From Nannocystis bainbridge (GTDB lineage Bacteria > Myxococcota_A > Polyangia > Nannocystales > Nannocystaceae), in NCBI RefSeq assembly GCF_028368995.1, contig NZ_JAQNDL010000003.1:1760001-1824000 (forward strand): 64,000 nucleotides of DNA, written 5' to 3'. The notes beneath the pieces were generated by a model. It saw only the letters and a program-made list of their open reading frames with translations. It was not told the DNA's origin and did no database searches. Every line of letters starts with the position of its first letter. Positions within the stretch are counted from its first letter, which is position 1. The translations under genes were made by a program, and so were the position numbers. Below, one piece after another: positions 29,650 to 39,557 of this stretch.

Positions 29650-30151
29650 ACCCGTCGTCGACATCTCCACGAGCCGGCGCCCGCGTCGTGCAGCGATCGC
29701 TCGCACCGTCTGAGTGCGGGCAGAGCCGAACCATTCGGCCGCGACGCCCGCGACCGGCGCGAGAGCGGCCTGCGCCGGTCCAGGTCGAACCGGACTCCGG
29801 CACTCTCGTGGATCTCGCCGCGGCGCCGCATCCTCTGAAAAGTTGTTCCCGCGCGATCGGCCTCCTTTCATCGATCATCGCGCTGGTATGCCAGCATACA
29901 ATCGCGACGCTCGCGCGGCGGAGAAGCCGAGAGACCGGAGGCCGCAGGAGCTCGCGCACGACGAGCCAGACGCCCACGCGCGGGTCACCGGGCGAAGCCG
30001 GCGCTCGCTTACGAAGCGGCGCTCGCCGGCTGCGATCGGCGGAGAGCGACGCGAGGCGCGATCGTTCCGCGGCGGCGACCCGCGCGCCGGCATCGACCGG
30101 TCCGCCTCGTACCCGTTCGCGTGCGCCGGAGCTTGTGGCAACTTCGACCCG

Positions 30152-30856
30152 ATGACTCCCGACTCGACCGCGGATGGAGCTCGTACACCCGCCCATCCCT
30201 GCACCGCGACCTTTGCCGCCTGGATGGCGGGCACGGCCGATGGCGGCGCGATCGCGCTGCACGCCGCGAAGCTCTCGACCCCCGACCTTTCGCCGCAGCT
30301 CACGGCCGTCTATCAGGTCTTCCTTCACACCCAGCGCTTCACGGTCAAGAAGAACCTCGATTCGATGCTGCGCAGTGACCCGACCGGCGTCGACGTGGAA
30401 GATCACCCGTCGATCCGCCGCGACAAGCGGCGCCTGTACGTCCTCCAGCGCGAATTGCAGCGCGCCTGTCTCACAGCCACCCTGCTCAACCTGCCGGTCG
30501 CCCGGCGCGCCGGCTTCATCCTGATCGAGGTGCTCCGGTTCAGCGAGGACGAGGTCGCCCGGATCCTGGGCACCTCCTCCTCCGCCGTGCACACCGCGGT
30601 CGGGCGAGCTCGCCGAGATCTGACCACATACCTCGAATCGAGGTGCGAGCACATGGACCCACGAAACCCGTGCCATTGCGAGACCCGCCTGGGCATCGCC
30701 CTGGAGCGAGGGTTTATCCAATGGCCCGACCGCGACGACCTCCCCGGGGACGAGCCGCTCGTCAGCCGCGCCGTGTGCCTCGACGCCGAACGGCTGTATG
30801 CCAAACTGCCGTCCCCGCTGCCCGCGCCGCGCGGATCGGGGCCGGTATGTCGATGA
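30152..30856 (+). CDS. Sigma-70 region 4 protein with Cys-rich C-terminal extension (degenerate ECF sigma)
   Basis: LPVARRAGFIL..FSEDEVARILGTSSSAVHTAVGRARRDL region 4, then RCEHMDPRNPCHC; no recognisable region 2. Start uncertain. Confidence 0.7.
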   Translation: MTPDSTADGARTPAHPCTATFAAWMAGTADGGAIALHAAKLSTPDLSPQLTAVYQVFLHTQRFTVKKNLDSMLRSDPTGVDVEDHPSIRRDKRRLYVLQRELQRACLTATLLNLPVARRAGFILIEVLRFSEDEVARILGTSSSAVHTAVGRARRDLTTYLESRCEHMDPRNPCHCETRLGIALERGFIQWPDRDDLPGDEPLVSRAVCLDAERLYAKLPSPLPAPRGSGPVCR

Positions 30857-32238
30857 AGCGCCCCCCGGCCGAGGATCTCGCGTTCGGCCGCTTCAAGCTG
30901 GTGCGCCAGCTCGGCATCGGGGCGATGGCGGTGGTCCACCTGGCGCACGACGTGCGCGGGCATCGCGACGTCGCGCTGAAGCGAATGCTCCGCGTCAATG
31001 CCGTCACGGTCGAGCGCTTCAAGCGAGAGTACCGCGCGCTGGCAGGCATCCGGCACCGCGGTGTGCCCGCCATCTTCGACATCGCCGAGTCGGCGCAAGG
31101 CGAGCCCTACTTCACGATGGAGGTCGTCGCGGGGGAGACGCTCGAGTACCACCTCCGCCGCGGACCTGTCGAGCCGGTCCGCGCGCTCACCCTGGCGATC
31201 GAGCTCGGCCGCGTCTTGATGGCGGTGCACGCCGCCGGCGTGGTCCACCGCGACGTGAAGCCCAGCAACGTGATCATCGAGCCGGGTGATCGCGTTCGCC
31301 TGCTCGACTTCGGGATCTGCTGCCTCACCGAGGACTACTATCGGCAGCCGCACCTGCGCGACGTCACGGCGGAGGTCGAGCGCTGGCAGACGCTGGACGT
31401 GCGCGGCCTCGGCAACGAGCAATACGTCGACCCGCAGCTCGCCACGGTCGGGACTTCGCCGCAAAACGACGTGTTCTCGGTCTGCGTCGTCCTCTACGAG
31501 CTCGTCACGGGGCGGCCTCTCTTCGACGCCGACGCCAGGCGCTTCGGCGAGATCGACGCGGCCGAATTTCTCCCCGGGCTGGCGCCGCTGGTCCACGAGC
31601 TGCAACGCGGTGTCTCCGAGCCGTTGTCTCGCCACCGGAGCATGGCGGAGCTGGTGAAGGCGCTCGAAGCGGTGCGCGGGCGGATCGCCGGCTGGCTCAT
31701 TGAGCAGACGCGGCCCGCGCCTCCGACGCGCGCGCGCGCATGGCGAGCACCGGCGCTGTGCCTGGCGCTGGGGTGCCTGGTCGGCGTCACGCTCGAGCGT
31801 CTGGCGTCGCCGCCGCGGCGCGACGATCCTTCGCTCCCCACGGCGGTGCTTCCGCGGCCCGACTCGTCCGTCTTCGACCTCGCAGCACCGCCGGCGAATT
31901 CAGCGTCGTCACAGCCGACGTCTCCTGCGAAGAGCCCACCGAACCCCGGATCCACCACGCAGCGGACCGCGACAGTCGAACCGTCTGCGAAGCCGAAGCG
32001 CCCGGAGTCGTGGGAGGCTCGCATGCGACATGCCGAAGCGCGCGCGCGCCGGTGCCTGACGAAGGCGAACGCGAAGCCGCGACCCCTCGACGTGACCATC
32101 GCCGCCGACAAGCCGCCGAGCGTGTGGGGCGCGACGTCCGAATCACCCGAGGCGCAGTGCATCCGCGAGGCGCTCTCCCATTTCAAGCTGACGGTCGCCC
32201 AGGGTCAGCGACAGCACACCTTCTTCGAGGAAACGTGA
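30853..32238 (+). CDS. Hanks-type Ser/Thr protein kinase with TM helix
   Basis: LGIGAMA, VALK, RFKRE, HRDVKPSN, LLDFG, DVFS; ATGA overlap with the upstream gene. Confidence 0.9.
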   Translation: MKRPPAEDLAFGRFKLVRQLGIGAMAVVHLAHDVRGHRDVALKRMLRVNAVTVERFKREYRALAGIRHRGVPAIFDIAESAQGEPYFTMEVVAGETLEYHLRRGPVEPVRALTLAIELGRVLMAVHAAGVVHRDVKPSNVIIEPGDRVRLLDFGICCLTEDYYRQPHLRDVTAEVERWQTLDVRGLGNEQYVDPQLATVGTSPQNDVFSVCVVLYELVTGRPLFDADARRFGEIDAAEFLPGLAPLVHELQRGVSEPLSRHRSMAELVKALEAVRGRIAGWLIEQTRPAPPTRARAWRAPALCLALGCLVGVTLERLASPPRRDDPSLPTAVLPRPDSSVFDLAAPPANSASSQPTSPAKSPPNPGSTTQRTATVEPSAKPKRPESWEARMRHAEARARRCLTKANAKPRPLDVTIAADKPPSVWGATSESPEAQCIREALSHFKLTVAQGQRQHTFFEET

Positions 32239-32240
32239 CC

Positions 32241-33068
32241 ATGCTCGTTCATCTCGTCCTCGCCCTCGCCATGCTCGCGCCGCCACCGTCCAAGGCGGCT
32301 GCCCAAAAGGCCTTCAACGACGGCCAGTGGCAGACCGCGCTCGAGCTGTACCTCGAGATCGCCGAGACTCCCGGCGTGCACCCTCCGCACGCTCTGGTCG
32401 GCGCGCACGACAGCCTCCGCGCGCTCCACGACGCCGCGCCGACCGAGCCACATCTCTGCCGCGCGCTCGAGCTGGCGCGCGAGGTCCTCCGCCGCGACGA
32501 CCTCAGCGACAGCGAACGGGCCTACTGGCGCGAGCTCGAGGCCGACGACGCGGCGCGGGCCGGTGCGACGTGCACTCCCGCCACAGCACCGAGCGAACCC
32601 GTCGAGACCGAGCCGCCGACGCCATCCTCGGACGATGCACCCGACGCTGCGACGCCACCGCCCGCACCGATCCCGGAGGGACCGATCGCAGCGCCGGCCG
32701 TGCAGGGCAGCGAGCCGCGTCGCCCCGCCACGGCGAGGATCGTCACGGGCTCGCTCCTCTCGATCGCCGGCGCGGGCCTCGTCGGCGGCATGCTCGGCGT
32801 CCTCGTCCGGCGAGAGCACGCGGACGAGAAGATCGCCGGGCTCACCACAATCTTGCTCGCCGAGGATCGCCGACCGACCCCGGCCGAGTCCGACGCGATC
32901 GCAGCTGCGCGTGCATCTTATAAGGAGGATCGGACCACCGCCTGCGTGCTCGGGATCCTCGGCGGTGTAAGCCTGCTTACAGGTCTGGCGCTCGCGCTGG
33001 CGCCGGCGCGTCCATCGCCACTCGCGCGACTCCGCGCCGACGCGGCCGGAATCGTGTACTCCTTCTAA
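32241..33068 (+). CDS. Exported TPR-like protein with C-terminal hydrophobic segments
   Basis: Signal peptide, AFNDGQWQTALELY TPR-like helix, Pro-rich linker, two hydrophobic helices. Confidence 0.7.
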   Translation: MLVHLVLALAMLAPPPSKAAAQKAFNDGQWQTALELYLEIAETPGVHPPHALVGAHDSLRALHDAAPTEPHLCRALELAREVLRRDDLSDSERAYWRELEADDAARAGATCTPATAPSEPVETEPPTPSSDDAPDAATPPPAPIPEGPIAAPAVQGSEPRRPATARIVTGSLLSIAGAGLVGGMLGVLVRREHADEKIAGLTTILLAEDRRPTPAESDAIAAARASYKEDRTTACVLGILGGVSLLTGLALALAPARPSPLARLRADAAGIVYSF

Positions 33069-33077
33069 AAGAAGAGG

Positions 33078-34754
33078 TTGCCCGTGCACCGCCGACTCTG
33101 GACCATCCCATGCATCTCGCTCGCGGTCGCGGCGTGCTCCCTCGAGCCGCCATCGTACGCGGCTTACACCGCGGCCCTCGATCACCTGTCCGCAGGGACA
33201 GATACGGAAGGGTCGTCGGGATCGACGAGCACGACCACGACCACGACGGCACTCACGAGCTCCGGCGCGACCGCGACAGGGAGCTCGTGGGCGACGACGT
33301 CGGACGGCGAGACGGCGAGCGGCGGGATGACGGGCGACGACGGCAACGCTCTGCCGCTCGAGGTCGCGGTACTCCTGGGCCCCTCGTCGGTGAGCAAGGT
33401 CGGCGAGGTGTTGGTGAACGTGTGGACGTCGCGGCCGGTGAAGACGATCGACATCTTCGACGGCGAAGAGCCGCTCGTGCTCGGGGCGGCGCCCAAGACC
33501 CCGGTCGCCGTGCTCGAAGTGACCTCCGATCAGAGCCCAGGCGACGGCATGCATATGATCCGCGCCGTCGCGCACGCCGAGGACGGCGTGATCGGCCAGG
33601 CGGAGAGGGACCTGCTCATCGACGTCGCGCCGGGCGGCACCGACGTGTGGCCGCCCTACGTCCACGCGGGGCCCGTCAGCGCCTTCACGGGCGTGACGCT
33701 GCTCGGCGATCAGTCGATCGCGGCCTCGGGCGTCATCGAGGCGAAGGAAGGTCTGGTAGCGGTCGTGATGCAGTTCGACGGCGCGACGGGCAACGTCGAG
33801 GCGGGACCGATCTCCCTCGGCAAGATCTCCGTCGCGGCCGCGGGCCACGGTCCGGCCATCGCCGCAGGCGACGACGGCGCCGTCTACGTGGCCTCGACGC
33901 GCGCCGGAACCACGTGGGCGGTGTCCAAGGTACGGCCCGGCAACCCGTTGCCGCTGGTGTGGACGGTGACGGGCGAGCTCGGGACCCAGGCCTTCGGGAT
34001 CACGTTCGCGGGCAATCGCGTGGTCGTCGTCGGGGCCAGCGAGGTCGCTCCCGGCACCCATGACCTCAAGGTCTGGTGGCTCGCAACCGAAGACGGCGAA
34101 CTGCTCGACGAGAGCACCTTCGCCGCGGGTTCGGAGGACGACCCGGGCAACCTATTGGATGAACTCGGACGGGCTGCGACTCTCGTTGGCGATCGCCTCG
34201 TCGTCGTGGGAGAGCGCCAGATCGAGGGAGAATTCAACAACCCCTACCGTCGCGCGGTCGTGCTGCACTACTCCCTCGCGGGGATCTTGCTCGACGAGTG
34301 GACCTCACCAGGAGAGCTGCTGGAAGAAGACGCCGGGATGGCCGTGGCGCCGCTGCGCGACGGTGGGTTCGTCGTCACCGGCTGGGGCCGCAACGTCTTC
34401 ACCATCCGCCAGGTGCTGACGCGGTGGTTCTCCGCCACCGGTGAGGCTGGCCCCGTGCGGATCGAGTCCACGCCGGGGAATGACGCGATCGCCTACGCGA
34501 TCGGCGAGGACCGCGAGGGCAAGCTCGTCCTCGCGGGCTCGCGCAAGACGCCGGCGACCGACGCGGACGCGTGGATCTTCGCCATCTCCGGCCCGCTCGG
34601 TGCCCATACCTGGGACGTCATCCGCAGCGGTCCCGGCAAGGGGCCCGACCAGACCGCCGACCTCGCCATCGGTCCGTGGGGCCACGTGTCCGTCGTCGGC
34701 GGCGAGTTCGCCGACTTGCAGCCACGGGCCTTCGCCATGCGCCTCTACCCCTGA
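33078..34754 (+). CDS. Lipoprotein with Ig-like and beta-propeller-like repeats
   Basis: Lipobox AVAAC, Ser/Thr linker, repeated D.(A/G)..(I/V)A...G..VV.G blades. Confidence 0.75.
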   Translation: MPVHRRLWTIPCISLAVAACSLEPPSYAAYTAALDHLSAGTDTEGSSGSTSTTTTTTALTSSGATATGSSWATTSDGETASGGMTGDDGNALPLEVAVLLGPSSVSKVGEVLVNVWTSRPVKTIDIFDGEEPLVLGAAPKTPVAVLEVTSDQSPGDGMHMIRAVAHAEDGVIGQAERDLLIDVAPGGTDVWPPYVHAGPVSAFTGVTLLGDQSIAASGVIEAKEGLVAVVMQFDGATGNVEAGPISLGKISVAAAGHGPAIAAGDDGAVYVASTRAGTTWAVSKVRPGNPLPLVWTVTGELGTQAFGITFAGNRVVVVGASEVAPGTHDLKVWWLATEDGELLDESTFAAGSEDDPGNLLDELGRAATLVGDRLVVVGERQIEGEFNNPYRRAVVLHYSLAGILLDEWTSPGELLEEDAGMAVAPLRDGGFVVTGWGRNVFTIRQVLTRWFSATGEAGPVRIESTPGNDAIAYAIGEDREGKLVLAGSRKTPATDADAWIFAISGPLGAHTWDVIRSGPGKGPDQTADLAIGPWGHVSVVGGEFADLQPRAFAMRLYP

Positions 34755-34810
34755 TCGCTGCACGATCTCGACTGGCGGGTCCTCCCGGATCGAGGACCCG
34801 CCCGCCCATC

Positions 34811-35902
34811 TCACTGCGGGACGAACACGTCGCACTGCGTCTTGATCTTCGCCGCGGCCTCCGCGAAGTAGCTCGCGTAGCCCGCCTCGTTGCAGATCGA
34901 GCCGAACACCGAGTGAGGCATCAGCTCCGTCCAGGTCCGGAGTTCGTGGTAACCGGGAGGAACCCCGATGTAGCCGCACAACCCGTCCGGGTCGTCGATA
35001 TCGTTGGTGATGACGAGCAGCACCACGGCATCCGCGTCGCCCCCCTTGGCCTCCACTAGCGCGTCCGCCCAGTCTTGAGGCGTGCCGGCGCTGAACTCGT
35101 CCCACGTGTCCTGGATGGCGACGACCACGAGCAGCGCGTCCTCCCGGAGAAAGCCCGCGTCGCACCCGCCCGGCTCGTTGATCTCCTCGGTCAGGGCATT
35201 CATCGTGACCTCGGCGACGTTGTCGGCGCCGTTGACTCCGACCGACGCGATACAGGTGAACGCGTCCTCGAGCTCGGGCTGCCCTGCGGTGATGTAGCGA
35301 CGACCGCTGGCGAGGTCGCACCGCTTGTTGCTCGCGTGCTCGCCGATCGGGTACGTGACGCCCGCTCCGCGGACCGTGTCGCACGGCTCGGGTTTGACGC
35401 CGCAGGGGTACTCGGGCACCTCGGGACAGAAGTCCTCACAGTTGGCGCACAGCACAGGGTGCCCCCACAGCGGCGACGTGTTCGCCGACAGGATGTGATA
35501 GTCGAACTCCGCGAACTCGCTCTCGAGCGTGCCGATGAAGCCCGGGAAGCTCGACTTCAGCCAGCCCTGCGCGACCTCCATCGTCCAGGCCGAGCTGATC
35601 GTGAACACAAAATCGATCTTGCCCTTGCAGCCCGCCGGCGGCTTGTCGCCCCCGTCCGGCGGGACCCCGCCGTCCGGGATGCCGCCCACCGAACTGCTCG
35701 AGCTCTCCGCCGAGCTCCCCGCAGCCGAGTCCTCGCCCGTGCCCGTCGCGCCGCTCGTCGTGGTACTCGCCGTCGTCTCACCCCCGCCGGTGGTCGAAGT
35801 CCCGACCGGCGCCGTCGTGATGCTCGTGCTGAACCCCGAACCCTGCCCGCTGCCATTGTTGCAGGCGAGGACGGCGGCAGCAGCGAGCACGAAGCGGCGC
35901 AT
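34811..35902 (-). CDS. vWA-like myxobacterial lipoprotein, copy 1
   Basis: MRRFVLAAAAVLAC lipobox, Thr/Gly linker, CKGKIDFVFTISS, GFLREDALLVVVAIQD. Confidence 0.8.
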   Translation of the reverse strand: MRRFVLAAAAVLACNNGSGQGSGFSTSITTAPVGTSTTGGGETTASTTTSGATGTGEDSAAGSSAESSSSSVGGIPDGGVPPDGGDKPPAGCKGKIDFVFTISSAWTMEVAQGWLKSSFPGFIGTLESEFAEFDYHILSANTSPLWGHPVLCANCEDFCPEVPEYPCGVKPEPCDTVRGAGVTYPIGEHASNKRCDLASGRRYITAGQPELEDAFTCIASVGVNGADNVAEVTMNALTEEINEPGGCDAGFLREDALLVVVAIQDTWDEFSAGTPQDWADALVEAKGGDADAVVLLVITNDIDDPDGLCGYIGVPPGYHELRTWTELMPHSVFGSICNEAGYASYFAEAAAKIKTQCDVFVPQ

Positions 35903-36003
35903 GGAACCCGCAGTATAGCGGACCGACACACGAAGTCGATGCGTCGAGGCCGCGCTCTGTACACCCTTCGCCAGGTACTGACGCAGTCGTTCAGTGAGGC
36001 TGG

Positions 36004-36104
36004 CCGCCGACCTCGCCATCGGTCCGTGGGGCCACGTGTCCGTCGTCGGCGGCGAGTTCGCCGACTTGCAGCCACGGGCCTTCGCCATGCGCCTCTACCC
36101 CTGA
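36004..36104 (+). pseudogene. Duplicated 3' fragment of the 33078..34754 gene
   Basis: Matches 34654-34754 (ADLAIGPWGHV..RLYP-stop) with no start. Confidence 0.85.
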
Positions 36105-36160
36105 TCGCTGCACGATCTCGACTGGCGGGTCCTCCCGGATCGAGGACCCGCCCGCACATC

Positions 36161-37240
36161 TCACTGCGGGACGAACACGTCGCACTGCGTCTTGATCTTC
36201 GCCGCGGCCTCCGCGAAGTAGCTCGCGTACCCCGCCTCGTTGCAGATCGAGCCGAACACCGAGTGAGGCATCAACTCCGTCCAGGTCCGGAGTTCGTGGT
36301 AGCCGGGAGGAACCCCGCTGTAGCCGCACAACCCGTCCGGATCGTCGGTGTCGCTCGTGACGACGACGAGCACCACGGCCTCGGGATCCCCGCCCTTGGC
36401 CTCGACCAACGCGTCCGCCCAGTCCTGAGGCGTGCCGGCGCTGAAATCGTCCCACGTGTCCTGGATGGCGACGACCACGAGCAGCGCGTCCTCGCGGAGG
36501 AAGCCCGCGTCGCACCCGCCCGGGGCGTTGATCTCCTCGGTCAGGGCATTCATCGTGACCTCGGCGACCATCGAGGTGCCGTTGATCCCGACCGACGCGA
36601 TGCAGGTGAACGCCTCTTCGAGCTCGGGCTGCCCTGCAGTGATGTAGCGACGACCGCTGGCGAGGTCGCACCGCTTGTTGCTCGCGTGCTCGCCGATCGG
36701 GTACGTGACGCCCGCCCCGCGGACCTTGTCGCACGGCTCTGGTTCGACCCCGCAGGGATACTCGGGCACCTCGGGACAGAAGTCCTCACAGTTGGCGCAG
36801 AGCACAGGATGCCCCCACAGCGGCGACGTGTTCGCGGACAGGATGTGATAGTCGAACTCCGCGAACTCGCTCTCGAGCGTGCCGATGAAGCCCGGGAAGC
36901 TCGACTTCAGCCAGCCTTGCGCGTCCTCCATCGTCCAGGCCGAGCTGATCGTGAACACAAAATCGATCTTGCCCTTGCAGCCCGCCGGCGGCTTGTCGCC
37001 CCCGTCCGGCGGGACCCCGCCGTCCGGGATGCCGCCCACCGAGCTGCCCGAGCTCCCCGCAGCCGAGTCTTCGCCCGTGCCCGTCGCTCCGCTCGTCGTG
37101 GTACTCGCCGTCGTCTCGACCCCGCCGGTGGTCGACGTCCCGACCGGCGCCGTCGTGATGCTCGTGCTGAACCCCGAGCCCTGCCCGCTGCCGTTGTTGC
37201 AGGCGAGGACGGCGGCAGCAGCGAGCACGAAGCGGCGCAT
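36161..37240 (-). CDS. vWA-like myxobacterial lipoprotein, copy 2
   Basis: Near-identical paralog of 34811..35902, four codons shorter in the linker. Confidence 0.8.
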   Translation of the reverse strand: MRRFVLAAAAVLACNNGSGQGSGFSTSITTAPVGTSTTGGVETTASTTTSGATGTGEDSAAGSSGSSVGGIPDGGVPPDGGDKPPAGCKGKIDFVFTISSAWTMEDAQGWLKSSFPGFIGTLESEFAEFDYHILSANTSPLWGHPVLCANCEDFCPEVPEYPCGVEPEPCDKVRGAGVTYPIGEHASNKRCDLASGRRYITAGQPELEEAFTCIASVGINGTSMVAEVTMNALTEEINAPGGCDAGFLREDALLVVVAIQDTWDDFSAGTPQDWADALVEAKGGDPEAVVLVVVTSDTDDPDGLCGYSGVPPGYHELRTWTELMPHSVFGSICNEAGYASYFAEAAAKIKTQCDVFVPQ

Positions 37241-38067
37241 GGAACCCGCAGTATAACGCGGCCGACGCGCAGAGTCACGCCAGGGGGCGCTGAACGGCCG
37301 CCATGCCGAACGTTCGGTCGTCGGCTGGCACCTCCATTCGCGGCGTACGCGTCCGCGAGGGCTGCTCGGCGCGCTCCACCAGCGCGTCGAGACCGTGGCG
37401 CCGCGCCGCGCCGCGCGCTGCTCCTCGAGCTGACCCAGCACCAGCGGCTGACGGCAACCGGGTCGCCCTGGCGCGAACGACGGCCATCCCTCTCTTCCGG
37501 CGCCCATCACTCGGCGAGCTCGGGTCGCCGGTGTCGACACATACGACAATCCATGGCTCGATCTCGATGTTCGCCCACGAATGATGGATGGACCGGAGCT
37601 GGATTCGTCATGGACGGGACTATCCATTTCGTCCGTACTCTCCCGCCTCATCGTCGACGCTCCACTCGAGCCGCGGGAATCGTCGCCTGGGCCGCGCTGG
37701 CCCCATGCGACGACGAACGCTCCATGGTCCTGCGCGCGGACCTCGACCGAGGCCTCGCCGTGCGACCACGCGGAACGGCGGCGCGTCCGCCATTGCGACG
37801 AACGATATCGACACAGCGTGACGCTGCCGTCGCCGCGGTGACAGATGTCGGCGTCAGGCCCACCGCGCTCGCCACCACCCTGCCTCCAGGCGGGGCGCAT
37901 TCGCGGGCGCCAGCGCTCGCCACTACAGCCTCTGCAGACCTCACCGGCGGCCGCGACGCCGGGGTGCGATGATTCGCGGATGCCTCCGAATCCACGCGAG
38001 CAGCGGGGCAGCGGGCGGTCTGCGTGAGCGCTTGTCCTCCCCGGTCACATCGTCTAGCGTCGCCCCG

Positions 38068-38985
38068 ATGTCCGATGTCGAGTCGCGGATCCACCAGCTC
38101 GTCCGGCGCGTCCGCAGCATCGTCGACGCCGGCGTCCCGGAGCCGATCGCCGCGCCCGGCGACGACGCGCTCGGCGAGCTCGAGCGCGAGGTCAACCAGC
38201 TGATCCGCGCCTCCGACGCCCGCCTGCAGGAGCGGCTCCTGTTCGCCGTCGGCCCGGTCGTCGTGTTCCGCTGGCAGAACCGCGACGGCTGGCCGATCGA
38301 GTACGTCTCGCCCAACGTCGCCTCGCTGACCGGCTACCCGCTCGAGGACTTCGCCAGCGGCCGCCGGCCCTACGCCTCGCTGATCCACGCCGACGACCTC
38401 GCCCAGGTGTTCGAGGAGGTGACCAGCAACAGCAACGGCGGCGCCTCGTGGTTCGTCCACCAGCCCTACCGCCTGCGCCACGCCGACGGCCGCTCGCTGT
38501 GGATCGCCGATTACACCGTCATCCTGCGCGACGACGCCGGCACCATCACCCACTACTTCGGCTACATCATGGACATCACCGACCAGGTCGATCAGATGTC
38601 GCGCCTGCGCGCCCAGGAGCAGGTGATCGAGCGCCTCGGCAGCCCCGTCCTGCAGGTCGGCCGCGGCGTGCTGGCGGTCCCCGTGCTCGGCGGCCTGCAC
38701 GGCGACCGGGCCGCCCGCATGACCGACGACCTGCTGTCGGCGATCTCGCGCCTGGGCGCCCACACCGCCATCCTCGACCTCACCGGCCTGCTCGAGATCG
38801 ACACCGCCACCATCGAATCGCTGCTGCGGACCAGCCGCGCCGTCGGCCTGCTCGGCTGTCGCTGCGTCCTGTCCGGCATCTCGCCGCTGGTGGCGACGCT
38901 GATCGTCCGGCTCGGCCTCGAGGCCCAGTCGCTGACCACCGCCGCCACCCTGCAAGACGCCCTCGAGCTCGCCCTCCGCGCCTGA
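38068..38985 (+). CDS. PAS + STAS domain protein (RsbR-like)
   Basis: WPIEYVSPNV..LTGY..LIHADD..YRLRHADG..WI PAS, then SPVLQV..ILDLTGL..LSGISP STAS. Confidence 0.9.
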   Translation: MSDVESRIHQLVRRVRSIVDAGVPEPIAAPGDDALGELEREVNQLIRASDARLQERLLFAVGPVVVFRWQNRDGWPIEYVSPNVASLTGYPLEDFASGRRPYASLIHADDLAQVFEEVTSNSNGGASWFVHQPYRLRHADGRSLWIADYTVILRDDAGTITHYFGYIMDITDQVDQMSRLRAQEQVIERLGSPVLQVGRGVLAVPVLGGLHGDRAARMTDDLLSAISRLGAHTAILDLTGLLEIDTATIESLLRTSRAVGLLGCRCVLSGISPLVATLIVRLGLEAQSLTTAATLQDALELALRA

Positions 38986-39136
38986 GATCGTCCGGGGCGC
39001 GCGCGACCGTCGTGACTCGAGCGCCCCGCTGCGCGCGCCTGCTCCCGCGCGGGCACGTCGCCGGCGCTGCCTGCCGGGACATGTCCGAAGGGGCATGTAT
39101 TGACATCCGCGCTTCAGGACACGCGCGCGCGAGCTC

Positions 39137-39550
39137 TCAGCACGAGTTCATGCATTTGTAGTTCTCGTACTCCCAGGGCCCGCAGCCGCCGCAGGACGGA
39201 GGGCTCGGGGCGGCGTAGCACCAGCGGTGATAGTGGGTGTACGTCTTGCCGTCATCGCCCCGCTCGATCTCGCACGAGCCGCAGCTCCCCTCGTCCGTCT
39301 TGAATTCCCAGAAGCCCTGACAGACCCCCTCGGAGACCTGCGGCGCGTCCGCGAGGGCCGGCGGTTCCTCGGGGAGGTGTTCGCTCGCCGCGGGCTCGGC
39401 CGGCAGCGACTCGCAGAGGGGGAGCAGGGCGGCGAGCTCGTCGGAAGTCACGGGGGCGAGCGCGGAGTCCCGCCAGGACGGCGCCTCCGCCGGATCGCAC
39501 GCGGCCACGAGGAGCGAGGCGACACACAATGTACAGCTTCGAAGGTTCAT
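39137..39550 (-). CDS. Small lipoprotein-like prepropeptide with 8-Cys C-terminal domain (paralog B)
   Basis: LLVAAC lipobox, acidic spacer, C-x12-CxxC-x17-C-x8-CxxC-x9-CxxxC. Confidence 0.75.
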   Translation of the reverse strand: MNLRSCTLCVASLLVAACDPAEAPSWRDSALAPVTSDELAALLPLCESLPAEPAASEHLPEEPPALADAPQVSEGVCQGFWEFKTDEGSCGSCEIERGDDGKTYTHYHRWCYAAPSPPSCGGCGPWEYENYKCMNSC

Positions 39551-39557
39551 GACACCA

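Larger units (their letters stand above)
34654..37256. repeat. Tandem duplication with 1350-bp offset
   Basis: 34654-about 35917 matches 36004-about 37256, including the 3' end of the + strand gene and the whole - strand gene. Confidence 0.95.

Noticed and set aside
34811-37240. Diversity-generating retroelement template/variable pair
   Set aside because: Differences are not adenine-specific, both copies are full genes, and no reverse transcriptase is present.
37260-38060. Coding gene in the gap after the duplication
   Set aside because: No frame shows GC3 bias or a recognisable motif.
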